In this document: in pieces, positions 13,181-25,160 of the stretch
Position numbering within the stretch: position 1 is the first letter of the stretch
How the letters are laid out: every line of letters starts with the position of its first letter
From: Lama guanicoe
Lineage: Eukaryota
DNA length: 64,000 nucleotides
Reading direction: 5' to 3'
Assembly (NCBI GenBank): GCA_013239625.1
Contig: MU054220.1
Span: forward strand, 8,219,367-8,283,366
Translations under genes and position numbers: made by a program
Notes under the pieces: model-generated
Database searches by the model: none
What the model was told of the DNA's origin: nothing
What the model saw: only the letters and a program-made list of their open reading frames with translations

Positions 13181-14347
13181 GACTCATTGTGCAGTGTATT
13201 CCTCTCTGCTTGGAAGTCCCACCATTCATAATTGGTTAAGTAGCTGAAGCCAGTTTAGGACTGGACCAGTACGGGCGCTAAGGATGAGATCAATTTGTTT
13301 GGCTTTGCATTGTTAAAGAAACAAGATTTTGTCTTGTGTGGAGAATTAAATTTTCAAAACTTAATATTTAAAATAAATGGGATTTTGAGGAGAAAACCGA
13401 GACCATTTTCTTACTAAAGAGATTTAACACTGTATTTATAGAGGTGGAGTTAATAAACATAAAGCTACTGAGGTCTTAAATTTTAGATTAATTTCCATAA
13501 GCCTAATGGGTTCATTTTATAGCTTGAGTATATCCAAATTCTTACAACATTTAAACAAATAAAACTTTCCATATTAAACGTATTATAACAAATGCAATTT
13601 CTAAAATAAATGTCTTTTACCAATTTTGTGGGCAAAAGAAGATTAAAACAAACTCTTGAGAGTTCAAATGATAATCTCAGTAAACTATTGTGTATCTCAG
13701 AGAGTCTCATTCCATTACTTAAGAAACATTGAAAGAATTGTGAACAGGATTACAAGGTGGGGATATAAATTTTAACTCAAATAAAACCTTTGGTCAGTTT
13801 AATTCATAGTCTTTGTTTCTTGAGCCCCTGAGGTAATTGGAATGTAAATATTACCCGATCGTCTCATTTACATTTTAGTAGTAGACACTTCCAAGTCCTT
13901 CATCAACAAGACTATTCACATTTTCAAAATTAAATACCATTTTGACATGTGGTTTTTATTTTCTTACAATTTCACCCACAGATAAATCAAATAACTTGTA
14001 GACTTTTATGTTTATTTATTTATGATTAAGTACATAGTGAATGTAAATGACGAGGTTGAATTTAATCTCTTAGCTTGTTTTGCTTTGTTGGTTCTATATA
14101 TCAAGTTCTATTCGATAAGGAGGACATTTTCTTAATCTCAAAATTTCCATAATCTGAGGATCAATAATTTGTGAAATCCAGTGGGTTATATATAGCCTCG
14201 TGAAAAATTTCAGTACACTGGGGAAAAAAAATATGTGTTCCACAACTCTGGGTATAAAAACCAGCCGCATTTTTTTAAGTGGTCTGAATCAAGTGAAAAG
14301 TGACTCCAAATACTCACTGTAGAGGATTCGGAGAAATTCAGTCTTAC

Positions 14348-14410
14348 CCGTGCTCGGTGTAGCCCTGCCGAACTACAACGCGGCAAACACGCGGAGAGCT
14401 TTCATGTTGC
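14348..14410 (-). other. Candidate exon (63 nt), or 3' end of a longer first exon, of an unidentified gene
   Basis: Minus strand: ttattctgttttcactcag|GCAAC...CACGG|gtaaga. One open frame, QHESSPRVCRVVVRQGYTEH. CpG-rich and TE-free context. Confidence 0.45.
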
Positions 14411-14989
14411 CTGAGTGAAAACAGAATAAGCAAATCTCGACATCCACACATTATGTCCCCAGCCAGACACTCATTAGAATAAACCATGTCTCCCATCCGA
14501 GTCAGCCTTTTTGTAGCTCTGTGTTCAGACGTTGGCCCGGGCTTCTTCCCTGCGGCGCCAGGGGACTAAAATGCTGTTGAGATTCTCAGCGTCTCCATTT
14601 CTCTGCGTCACATATCCTGAGCCTCTTTGGGCCGTGTCAGGACGTGGGTCACAGTTTATTTTCAGTTGCTGATATTCCTTCCAATGCAATCAGTTTTTCT
14701 ACTGCTGCCATAGGGAAACCCTCTCCATACTGTGGCAGCTTTAGTTTGCACGCTCAACAGTAGCAAAGGCACCTCTTCAATGGTTTGTTTCTGATTCCAA
14801 GCGTATCTGTTTTCCAAAAGGACAACTTCGAGTCTTGCACGCTTGCTTTCTGGTTGGGTGAGGCTAACAAGAGACAGGGGTGAGTGGTGAGGAAGGGAAA
14901 TAGGAAACTCTTTTTTTCCATTCTTCAGCAGCTGTGCAAAATAACAGATAATGATAAATTAATAAATCAGTTGCCACACTGTGGGTGTG

Positions 14990-15078
14990 TGGGAGGTGTG
15001 TGTGTGTGTGTTCTACAGCCTAGAGGAAGGGGGGAGGAGAGGAAGAAAGAAAGAAAAGAAAGGAAGGAAGAAAGAAAT
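14990..15078. repeat. (GT)n-like tract followed by a GA-rich polypurine tract
   Basis: gtgtgtgtgtgtgtg...gaggaaggggggaggagaggaagaaagaaagaaaagaaaggaaggaagaaagaaa. Confidence 0.85.
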
Positions 15079-16905
15079 ATCTAGACTAATTAAGTGGTTA
15101 TATTCAGGGTCTGTATCTCCCTCTCCTAAAATAAAAGCAGCTTCCTATATCAAATAACCTTTTGATAGAAGAGTTTCCTTTTTGAACGGATCTGAGGGAG
15201 ATGTTCACTAATTGGGCAGTATTTCCACAGTCATTCGTACCTCGAGGCCTTTATTTTTCATTTAAATTCAAGTCTTTGTCCTTTTTAACAAATACAAATA
15301 AGTCTTAAGAAGTGGGACCCCCCCAGGAGCCTGTGTCGGAGGGCAGTGTTTCTTCCTCTCGATACCATGCTGCATAGTTCACAGTGGCAGCATGACTCCT
15401 TACAATCTTATTTTGGAAACAGCTCAAAAGATAAAAGGGAAGCATGCTCACCCTGATTTTTGGTATTTTTAAATGACTATTATGCCTTCTTTTTTTCTTA
15501 AGGTACAGAATGCTAGGATATGTCCCTGATGGGTGAAAATAGAGGTGTTATCCCTAACAGCTGATACATTTGTCTTCCTTTCCATCCAGAAATATCAGTA
15601 TGACCCAATAGAAATTTCACAAACTTTTGTCTAAAACTGAGGTGACCTTTGAATATAAATCTAATGTCCAGAAACCTGGCATCCAATTCTCTTTAAAATT
15701 CTTACCTTTTAAGAACTTATTATTCTCAAAATATCATAAGTCTCAACTTGAAAGTCAGGCTATCATTAAAATTAACTTTGCAACTTGTCTTCAAAGTTAC
15801 TAAGGAGGATGGCAGAGAAAAGGAGACTTGAAGGATTCTGTTTATAACTCTTCACATTTTAGACAAGAACAAATCCCTAGAACCCTGAATGAAAATAATG
15901 GGCATGTACAATAAAGCTGTGATAAATGCTTTAAGAATTGCCAAAGTTTATAAAGGTAGATAAATGGAATGTTTAAAAAAAGAAAAGCAAAAGGAGGTCA
16001 ATAATCAAAATGAAAATAATAAAATTATTTCAAGACGAATGGTGCAAAACAAAAAAAGAGAGACACTGTTTGAAGAGAAATCACACACTCCCACATCAGT
16101 TACTGTAAAACACTCCACATTCCAATAAAAGGATAAGAGTAGCGCAGATATCACATCATACATGACTTAACCCTTCTTAATATCATGTTATGTATATTTG
16201 AGAAATATGTCCTCAATTTGTTGTCTCTAAAATAGAATGGTGCATGGAACATTGAATCAGAATTGGAAATGTAAAACCAATCACGTGTCTGTAAAATATG
16301 TTTTAATTTCTTAATTACAAGATACATCTAATAATTATATAATAATCAATAAGACATGAATAGAGTGAAACATGAAAATGCCGCTTGATGTCTCATCTCT
16401 GGACTGGCTTAATGTCAGCCTCCTCTTTGCACACTCCCCTCCCCTGTAAGCAAAGAAATTCCTTTTCAACCAGACAAAGAAAACGATTTCTATATTTAGC
16501 TTTGGATTAATTCATTTTAGAATAAGAAGAGCAGTGGCACTTGCGGAGTTATAAGGCAATATGATGCCAGCCGTGAAGGATGGCGTGGTAATAACCGACC
16601 TTCGTCTTCTTCTGTCAGCCACGTTATGGATGCGGCCATCTCTACGGGGTCCCCAGGGGAGGTGCATGGACAGCAGAACAAGCCAAGCAAAACGACGTGT
16701 TATTTTTCCCTGAAATCTTGACCTCAAACCCCGAAACAGCCTCCCAGTCACCGGGTCTTATCTCTATGAGAAACTGAAAGCATCCTTTCTTCCTTAGGAA
16801 GAAAGTCTCGAAGGCAAGGTGAAAACCTAGCTTTTGTTTCTTTCCCTTAGTCCCCCACCAAGGGAACAGAAAACTACAGGGTTTTTTTTTTGTAAAAGAC
16901 TAGAA

Positions 16906-17278
16906 CAGTGCATACTACAGCCTGCTGACCAAATCCAGGCTTTTACCTGTTTCTGTGTGGCCTCTGAGATAAGTTTTGGGTTTTTTTTTAAACAGATGAA
17001 TGTTTAAAATCACTTTGATCGTAAAGAAAAATAACTTTAAAGAGCAATTAAGCAAAGTATTATTCCAAAAAATGTTCAATTCTTCTCATTAGTGGACTTT
17101 TTTTTTTACAGCAACAAAAAATGTACAATTATAAATACTTTAAATCCCATCATTGTGGAAATGTGTTTTTTCTCTTGTTACATAAATACCTACATGGTAT
17201 CTTTGCTTTTACCTCCTGGCTTGCAAGTCCCATCATATATACTTTGACCATAGACAGAAAAACACTTGCCTCTTCTTA
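16906..17278 (+). mobile_element. hAT-Charlie non-autonomous element (MER58 group)
   Basis: actacagcctgctgaccaaatccagg... start and ...cagaaaaacacttgcc end. 8-bp TSD candidate gactagaa (16898-16905) / gactagag (17279-17286). Confidence 0.8.
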
Positions 17279-17734
17279 GACTAGAGCAATGAGTCAAAGT
17301 TATTTATTTCACTAATTATTTTATTTCTACATCAAGCTATATCAAGTAAGGAAGTCACTACTTTGAATTTCCAAAGATAGGAAGGGTGTGGATGGCTTCC
17401 TCCAAAGAAAAGAGGCGTGGAACTTCCATGTGACCACGCCAAACTCAAGGGAGACGAGAGACTCCAAAGGAAATGACTTCCAAAGGAGAAAAATCCTAGT
17501 AGACCAGGAATTCTAAGAAATTAAATCTAAAGAGACTGCGTCATTTAAGATCTTTCTCTGCACCCTAGTGTGTCAGCCTTTAACACCATCACCCAGTCAT
17601 ATCTCCTGGGAGCTCTTTTATCCTGGACTCATATCTTCCATGGTCAGAACTGGAACAAGAAGGGGCAGGACACAGAGGGGAGCTTCTCTTTGTTCACCAC
17701 TAACACAGATTTGTGAATAAGAAATATCATGAGA

Positions 17735-18160
17735 AAGTTCCCGTACCTTGACCTAGCAACCACACTTTTGAGAATTTATAACAAAGAAATAATTTGAGAG
17801 GATAAAATTTTATATGCAGATAGATAAATACAGGAATATAGATATAATTGCCAGCAAAATAGAGAATAATCTAGATGTCTAATATAGTAATAAAATATTT
17901 GAATTAAGGTAATTCAGATAGATAGCGCTTTATTTAGCCATTCAGTTTGCAGTTGTGAGTACTATGTCCCTTAAAATGAAAAAATCTTTATGATATGAAG
18001 CAGTTAAGTGAAAAAAAAAACCTGAAGATAAAGTGATATTGCAAGTCAGATAATCCCTATAGGTCACTGTAAAAAATGTAATATGGAAGGAAAGTAGCTT
18101 TATTTTAGAGACATAGATTTTGTTAAAGTAGGGAATAATTCTTCAGATTTTAAAATATCT
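17735..18160 (+). mobile_element. Ancient L1 (L1ME-like) 3' fragment
   Basis: ccttgacctagcaaccacacttttgagaatttataacaaagaaataat...aataatctagatgtctaatatag. Confidence 0.55.
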
Positions 18161-19885
18161 TTAATGGTGCATTAGATCCTTAAAAATACCAAAAGCTGAG
18201 GCAAATTAATCAGTGATTAAAACCTGTATCTCTTAAGAAATGTGTAAATTTCTTTGCATTTCTGAGACAGGTGAACAGGAGAGTTACTGCAAAACTGAGA
18301 CAGTCAGAGGCACCATGAGAAAAAAAAGGAAGGAAAGAAAGAAAAGAAAACTGCAGGAATACTTTGCTATATCTGATTTATTTAAGAACAACTCAAAGGA
18401 TTTAACGGCTTACAGTGGTTTTAGTAATGGTCTGGTGAGAGTAAAGGCATGGCTGTAAAAGAGAAATCCTGAGAACACACCACGATGAACTTTAGAAAAT
18501 GACAGATAGTGATGTTGAAAAGCAAGTCTTTTTGAAGAGTTAATGGTCCAGTGTGCAGTAGGGGTGGGAACCCAACAACCCCAAAGCCACCACCCACGGC
18601 GTAGCGGGTGTTTAACTTAATGTACTCTGAGTGTCAAAACGGTGAGCTGCAGGGAATGCATTGCACTTCTGGGACGTGTGCATCCACTGAAGGACATTCG
18701 TAACCTGAGAATGTGCCACTGGGCATTACAGAGATTTACCCGCATCTGTGTTCTTAGGCTTGGTACACTCAAACACACGAACAGTAGAGCACATTTGCTT
18801 TCAGAGATATTTTTACCTTTCGTATGTGCCCTGGTTTCAGAAAGCCCCAAGCCTATGAAATAGAAGGGTTTCCTGGTGAAATTGCATGAAATGATAGGAC
18901 AGTTCTGAAAATGTTAAGCTGCGACCTTAGCAAGTCTGCCTGGATAAAACAAATGAAAGCCGTCTGAGTGGTAGCACACGAAAACTGATTTCATCCTTTA
19001 AAAGTCCGTCACTGTTGTTCTTTCTCATGGGTGTCCAATGTATGTATAAATGTCTCTCTATTTGTGCATATCTATATATAAAATATGTAAGGAAGAGAGG
19101 AATGTTCGATTGATTCCAGTAAGCCTGGAATCCATCAGTCAGTATCCGTAGTGCCCCGGGTGTCATAAATGGAACACGTGCTCCAAGAAAGTGTGAACGG
19201 GTTGTTAGAAATCATCTCCCTCTTAAAACTTGATGGATTGAATGGCCTCTGATTCTAGAGGGCAGGGACTCTTTTAACTTCTTTTCCCCACGCCCCTGCC
19301 TGAGGTTCAGATATTGTCTGAAAACAGAACAGAACCTAGTGAGCATCTGAACTGTGGGACTCAAGCAGTTTCTCCCTCCCTTTCCCATCTTCGGTTCCTC
19401 CACATCTGTCAGCTATTATTAGACTCTTAGCATTCGGCTTCGCATGCTGGATGGTGTGCGGTCACAGTAGGAAAACCTATAAAACATCTTGAGTTTCTAC
19501 CAGGAGATTATCTACAAATTTCCTCTTAGTGCTAGCTATCTGTATACAGCAATTGATGTGATGTTCCTTTGCGTACATTGCAGTCCCACCCGCCCTGCCG
19601 AGAACTAGGGAGAGATGGAGAAGGGAGTTTTGGTGAGTGATTCTGTTCAGCCAGAGCTTATGTACGAACTCTCTTCTATGAAATAATACGATGAAGTCAT
19701 GCAGGGAAGGAATAATTGCTCTCAAGTACGAATGTCCCTTTTACTGTAGTTTGAGTTCTTTGTGGCATTAGGATTGCAAAAATTAAATGAATAGTTAGTA
19801 TGATTCTTGAAGGTGAATATTTCCCATTGGAATAAGCAGTCTTTATGGATAGATATGTCTAGTTTACATAAAATGTTATTTATAT

Positions 19886-19892
<7 letters not shown>

Positions 19893-19934
<42 letters not shown>
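19893..19934. repeat. (AC)21 microsatellite
   Basis: Perfect dinucleotide run. Confidence 0.97.
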
Positions 19935-19937
<3 letters not shown>

Positions 19938-20129
19938 TATATATTACTTATAGATATTATTTATCACATAAAAATATTTGGTGTTTTATATTCTTTTCTC
20001 ACCAAGAGTTAAAATACACTCTCTGCTATGCATAATGATCAAAAAATGGATTTAGCTGATTGGTGCACTATTTTAAATAATACACTATTATCCTCTGTAC
20101 TTTATGGGAAAAAATGATATTGGAGATAG

Positions 20130-21420
20130 AATATCGTCTCCTGATCATATTTTTTCCCTGTTGATTCTGAGAAACCTGCATTGCTGCATAGTATTTCTGT
20201 GTTTATCCTTTCTACAGTTGATAGGCAAGGGACTATTTCCAGTTGCTGGCAATTAGAAAAAATGCTTAATATGAACATTTTCCTTTGTGTATTTTGGGGT
20301 ACATTTGTGTGAACTTCTTGAGGTGATATGCCTAGGAGTGTATTTTTCTGGGTCACAAAACACGGGCTTCTTCAGCTTCATTAGATAATGTCAGAGTTGC
20401 AAGTCTGCTCATGGAATGTTAGAATTTCCACACTTCTCTGTCCTTACTACCACTTGGCATAATCAAGTCTTAATGCTAGCTGACATTAATGAATCAGTTC
20501 ATCAGTGTTACTTTTAATTAGTTTTTCTCTGATGACTCACACAATTGGGCGCCATTTGAATTTTCTCTTTTGTGAAATATCTTTCATGATTTTTACCGTT
20601 TTTACCTGTGCTTTCAGTTTATGCTTAGTGATTTGTGAGAAGTCTCTGTGTGGTCTGTTTAAGACCCTTTGCTTGTTTCATGTGTTATTTCCTCAATCTA
20701 TATCTTCCTTTGTCATATCCCGTATAGACTTTGAAAAATAAGCTATGGTAATTTAATACAGTTAAATATAATCATCATTTCTTTAAATCTTTACTTGCAC
20801 TGACATCATGAAAATATTTTCTTATATTTCAGAAGCTTTATTGTTTAAAAGTTTTGTTTAGATCTCTGATCCTTCTGGAATTGGCTACCATGTGTGGTAT
20901 GAGGTAGGAGTCATACTTCATTTTCTTTTTTTTTTTTTTCCTTTTTTCATTTTTTGGCATATGTACCAATTGTATCAGTTTTGTGGGAAATATGTTCTTT
21001 GTCCAACTGCTGTGCTGTGGTACATATCAAAAATCAGTTGTCTGGATGTATGTAGATGCACTTCTTGTTTCTGTATGCTATCCCATGGGGCTATTTCTCT
21101 GTTTTTCTTTTTTTTTTTTTTTGATTTTAATGAAGTTGTAGCTTAAAATTTTAAAAGGGTAGAAAAAACATGAAAGATAAAAAATAGTCACTGATAGCCA
21201 CTAATAATATCTGATATATATCTTTCTTTACTACCATGTATGTATTCATAGTGCTTTTCTTCTGTGAAAAATGAAGTAAGAGTATGGTAATTATCTTAAT
21301 TTTCTCCTGTCATTAAATAGTTTTCTAAATCATAATTTTAATATCTGATACATCCCCCACATAAAGGGTACCATCATTTATTTAACTAATTCCTAATTAA
21401 TGGCATTTTAGCTTGCTCTG
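20130..21420 (-). mobile_element. Degraded old L1 fragments
   Basis: ttctacagttgataggcaagggactatttccag...gatatgcctaggagtgtatttttctgggtca; tgtggtatgaggtagg; a second 3'-end piece near 21300-21420. Confidence 0.7.
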
Positions 21421-21439
21421 TAATTTCGATTTTGGAGCC

Positions 21440-21608
21440 TTACTAAAACCATTTGAGGCAGGCAGTGGTTATATTATTAGCATTATTTTACTGCCGAGAA
21501 AATTGAGGGTCATTCAATGAGGTGTCCTACCAAATGTCACCCATTTAAGATGAGGCCAAGCTAGATTTCAGACTCTGAATCCATTCTACTTACCATCTTC
21601 TGCCTCCC
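21440..21608 (-). mobile_element. MIR SINE
   Basis: attattttactgccgagaaaattgagg...tgtcacccatttaag...cagactctgaatccattctacttacca. Confidence 0.65.
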
Positions 21609-22559
21609 ATAATGAACCCTAAGTATCTTTGCACATGTAGATTCATGAAGTGCCAATTAATAGAAATTAAATCCTGGTCAAAATCCCACTAGAGAACAGT
21701 GTTTCCTGTGTTTATCAGTTCAACTCCTTGCTGTCACTGAAGACTGACTGGTTCAAAAGTTGCAGCCCATCAGCCACCCGAAGGAAGTAGGAACCAACCC
21801 ACAGATCAGCGTCAGCTTCATTATTATTCCTGATCGGACATGTCTAATCATTTTTTGCGTCTGACATTAGAATCCCTGCATAGAAATAATTTGCACAACT
21901 TTAATTCCCGCCCCCATTTAATCCATCACACACTGAGACACTTGCCGTTCCCACTGTGATCAGCCCGTGACATCTGTCAGCTTTATCTCTGACATACAGT
22001 GGACTCTGCTAATAATAAATGCCGTTGCTGACTGTACTCTGACTTCTCTAGACCTGCGTGATCCAAGCAAGTGTTGTTTTCTTTTCAGTCAATGCTTTTT
22101 TGTTAGGTGAGCACAGAAGACACTGGGTATGAAAGTGTCCAACAGTTCAGAGATGGGTCCAACAACATTTACTACAAAAATCAGTGCTTTCATGAGTGCA
22201 TAAGCAAGATGGTAGCATATTATTCTCTTATTACAATCACATGTTGATCTTACCCAGGCCTCATATACATCCTTTTATGACTGGCTTTCCTGGGAAAAAT
22301 AATGTCAACTTTGAACTTCTTACTGTGGTCATTCAGGACAGATTCTATAGATGTTGTATCAAGCAAAAAGCCACTGTATCTTGTTCACAAAGGGGTTTGA
22401 ACAGCATGCAGAAATCCTGTATATCATTTAATGTGTAATATATTTAGTATATACAATAGATAAATTAATTACTATGCTCTATAAATGAAAGAGAAATGGA
22501 CAAAGCCTTGAACAAATAAGCAAGAGTTGATTAAATATCATTGGTAGACATTAGGGCCA

Positions 22560-23340
22560 ATTACCTCTTGAAAACTGGCAATGAAACGAGAAAGAATTCT
22601 ACATGTATCCTGTGTGCCCTATAAGAAACTGTTTTTCAATTGATGAAGAAAAGAATTCCAGCTTGTAAATGTGGAAGGAATGATGAAATTAGAAAGTCTC
22701 TGCCATACATTATGAATTATTTATTTCAGCCAGCAATCATCGATAAATGAAACCAACAATAGAGAGATAGCTGTCACCCCTGAACTCACTGATCATTTGC
22801 AGTATCACCAAATCATTGCTACCACATATTGTGGGCTTCCTGATGGAAAACAGCAAAACGCACCCAGGAGCAACTCGGTAGCCTTGTCAATATTAGAATC
22901 TGGATCTTAATCAAACATCTAGATTTAACTTTCATTCACAGGAAATGTTGAGGATAGGAGAACAAGTTTGAATAAAGGCTCGAAGAGGCAAAAAGACAAA
23001 TTCAGAAGGCAGGATAATCCACAGGAAACTTTAACCCATCTCTGCCGTAAGTCAATGGCATAAAGAGTGAGAAGAGATTCTAGATTTAAATAGATTTAAG
23101 AGACATACAGCGACAAGTTATAACAGATGGATTGTGATTGGGTAGTGAATCAGGCAAACTAACTCTAAAAGCACTTTTTTGAAGTAATTGGGAAAGTGTT
23201 TTTATGCACTGGGTGTTATCTAATACCGAAGAAGTTGCATTAGATTTTCTGGGGACTATAATAGGATGGTTATGTAAGAAACGCCCATATTTTCAGAAAT
23301 GTGTAATGACTGAACGTAGGCGTAAAATGACATGACCAAG
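22560..23340 (+). mobile_element. Old L1 3'UTR (L1MC4/L1MC5/L1ME-like)
   Basis: gtaaatgtggaaggaatgatgaaattagaaa; aatctggatcttaatcaaacatctagattta; tagatttaaatagatttaagagacatac. Confidence 0.7.
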
Positions 23341-23424
23341 ATAGAATCCTTCCATCGTTTTTTATTGTCCACTTAAAAAATGTAGGAAGATCATGCAGAA
23401 ATTTTAAATCTCTGGGTCTGGTGG

Positions 23425-23570
23425 TGGCTTATCTTATTTCACTTACATTCCATCGGTCAGGACTTTGTTACATGGTCATCAGGCAGTCTGCAAAGGAAGA
23501 CGGAAAGTATAGTCTTCCTGAATGCCAGAGAAAATTAATAAAATGTTAAACATACATCATTATCTCTACC
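23425..23570 (-). mobile_element. MLT1 LTR fragment
   Basis: cacttacattccatcggtcaggactttgttacatggtc...ctgcaaaggaagacggaaagtatagtc. Confidence 0.55.
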
Positions 23571-23984
23571 ACGTCCTCTTAACTTTTTTTTTTGTATTAA
23601 GTAATATGTCTTTTCCCACAGACCAGGCCATTATTATAAGTATTAAAATGTTAGCTAACTTATACTGTGTTTACTATAGACCTAGCACTCTATTTTAAGA
23701 TAAGAACAATTAATTTAGAAAAAGTGCTGAAGTTAGGAATCAAACTAAGTTGTGAAATCACACAGTGTGATTTCAAGGTATTTCTTCTAACAGCTATGCT
23801 AGGATAATAAATCAGTGTTGCAATATATTTCTTGTTAAAAGAATTAATATTTTTAAACCTAATCTTTACAATTAAAAGCTAGTAATCTAATCAAGATTCT
23901 CAAACAAAGCCCTGCATTTTGACTTCTACACTAATGGAAGAAGGAACATATTTTTCCTCATAACATAACACTTACTGAGAGGTA

Positions 23985-24200
23985 ATCTTGAAGAAGAGGG
24001 CTCAGACATCAAAGTAAGACACACTTTGGTCTGAAGCCCTTCTTCGCCACTTACTATCAAGTGACTCAATTTCTTGAGCCTTTTAAAAAGTATCTATTGA
24101 AAAAGGATAATAAAAGCCATCTTATAAGTGGCTGTGACAGTTAAGTGTGACATAAACCATGCAAATAAATTTCCAAAGTAAATGAGAAACACATTAATTA
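23985..24200 (+). mobile_element. MIR SINE
   Basis: ttcgccacttactatcaagtgactc...tatctattgaaaaaggataataaaagcc...gctgtgacagttaagtg. Confidence 0.65.
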
Positions 24201-24244
24201 TAGTAAGTCCAATGTGTATTTGATTTGAACTATTCAGTTGTAAA

Positions 24245-24445
24245 TATGCATTGTCTTACTCGTTCCTCTTGAGAAATTCTGTGAAACAACTACAGTGATT
24301 ATTATGATTTGCATAAGCTGGATAAGAAAACCAAGACTCTGGGGGCATAAATGACTTCTTTATGATGACACAGCTACGAAGATTGGGCACGGGGGCCACT
24401 CTGTTTTAACTTCCATGGCAGTGACTTTCTTTTTCCACAGTATAT
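24245..24445 (-). mobile_element. MIR SINE
   Basis: gataagaaaaccaagactctggggg...aaatgacttctttatgatgacacagcta. Confidence 0.6.
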
Positions 24446-24944
24446 CCTTGGCCAGTTCTTTCTCGCACATTTTCTTATGAAAAGTAGAGCCTCCAGCTCT
24501 TCCCCTGTACCTGAAATAGTACCGGAAGAAGCTGAGTGAACCGAAAACGGCTAGGGCATCTTTTATTAGCTGCCAAGTATGTACTCAAGGGAACCCAGTC
24601 AATATCCACTAAAGCTACAGTATAAAAAGAGAAGCTAAAAACGTAATAATTGTAGACTCTCAATCAGAGTCTTTTGGAGTTAATAGATGTCAAACCACAA
24701 AGAACACATTATAACCTAAAAATCAATCAGCATTCAAAGAACTTTAGGCCAGTGTTTGAATCAGGATATCTAATGCATCTGAGAGTACTGATAAGGTGTT
24801 ATTGTGGCAGATTTAGCTATTTTATGAAACAAAGTTTTAACAGTTTTCATAGATATATATGTATGTGTGTATATATATATATATACATATATATATTTTT
24901 TTTCCTTCTGAAAACTTCCTAATTGCACGTGCTTCTAAAACTGG

Positions 24945-25160
24945 ATAACATTTATTGAGGACTTCCTATAGGAATAGCACTTTCCAAGTTGATAATTTAA
25001 TTTAATTGTCATAACAATTATACAGGGGTTATCTGTTCTCGTTCTACAGGTAAACTGACATTAGAACAGTCCAGTGACTTCAAGTCGTACAGCTCATGAG
25101 TAGTCGATGCGGGGCTTAAGCCAGATCTGAAGCCAGAGACCTAGGTCTCCACCACCAAAA
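24945..25160 (-). mobile_element. MIR SINE
   Basis: taacatttattgaggacttcctat...tttaattgtcataacaa...ctacaggtaaactgac...gtcgtacagctcatgagt. Confidence 0.7.

Noticed and set aside
14666..14879. Plus-strand exon candidate (tttcag acceptor at 14665, GTGAGT donor at 14880)
   Set aside because: Stops in all three frames and no independent support; a non-coding antisense exon cannot be excluded
21836..21845. Perfect p53 half-site ggacatgtct
   Set aside because: No adjacent second half-site
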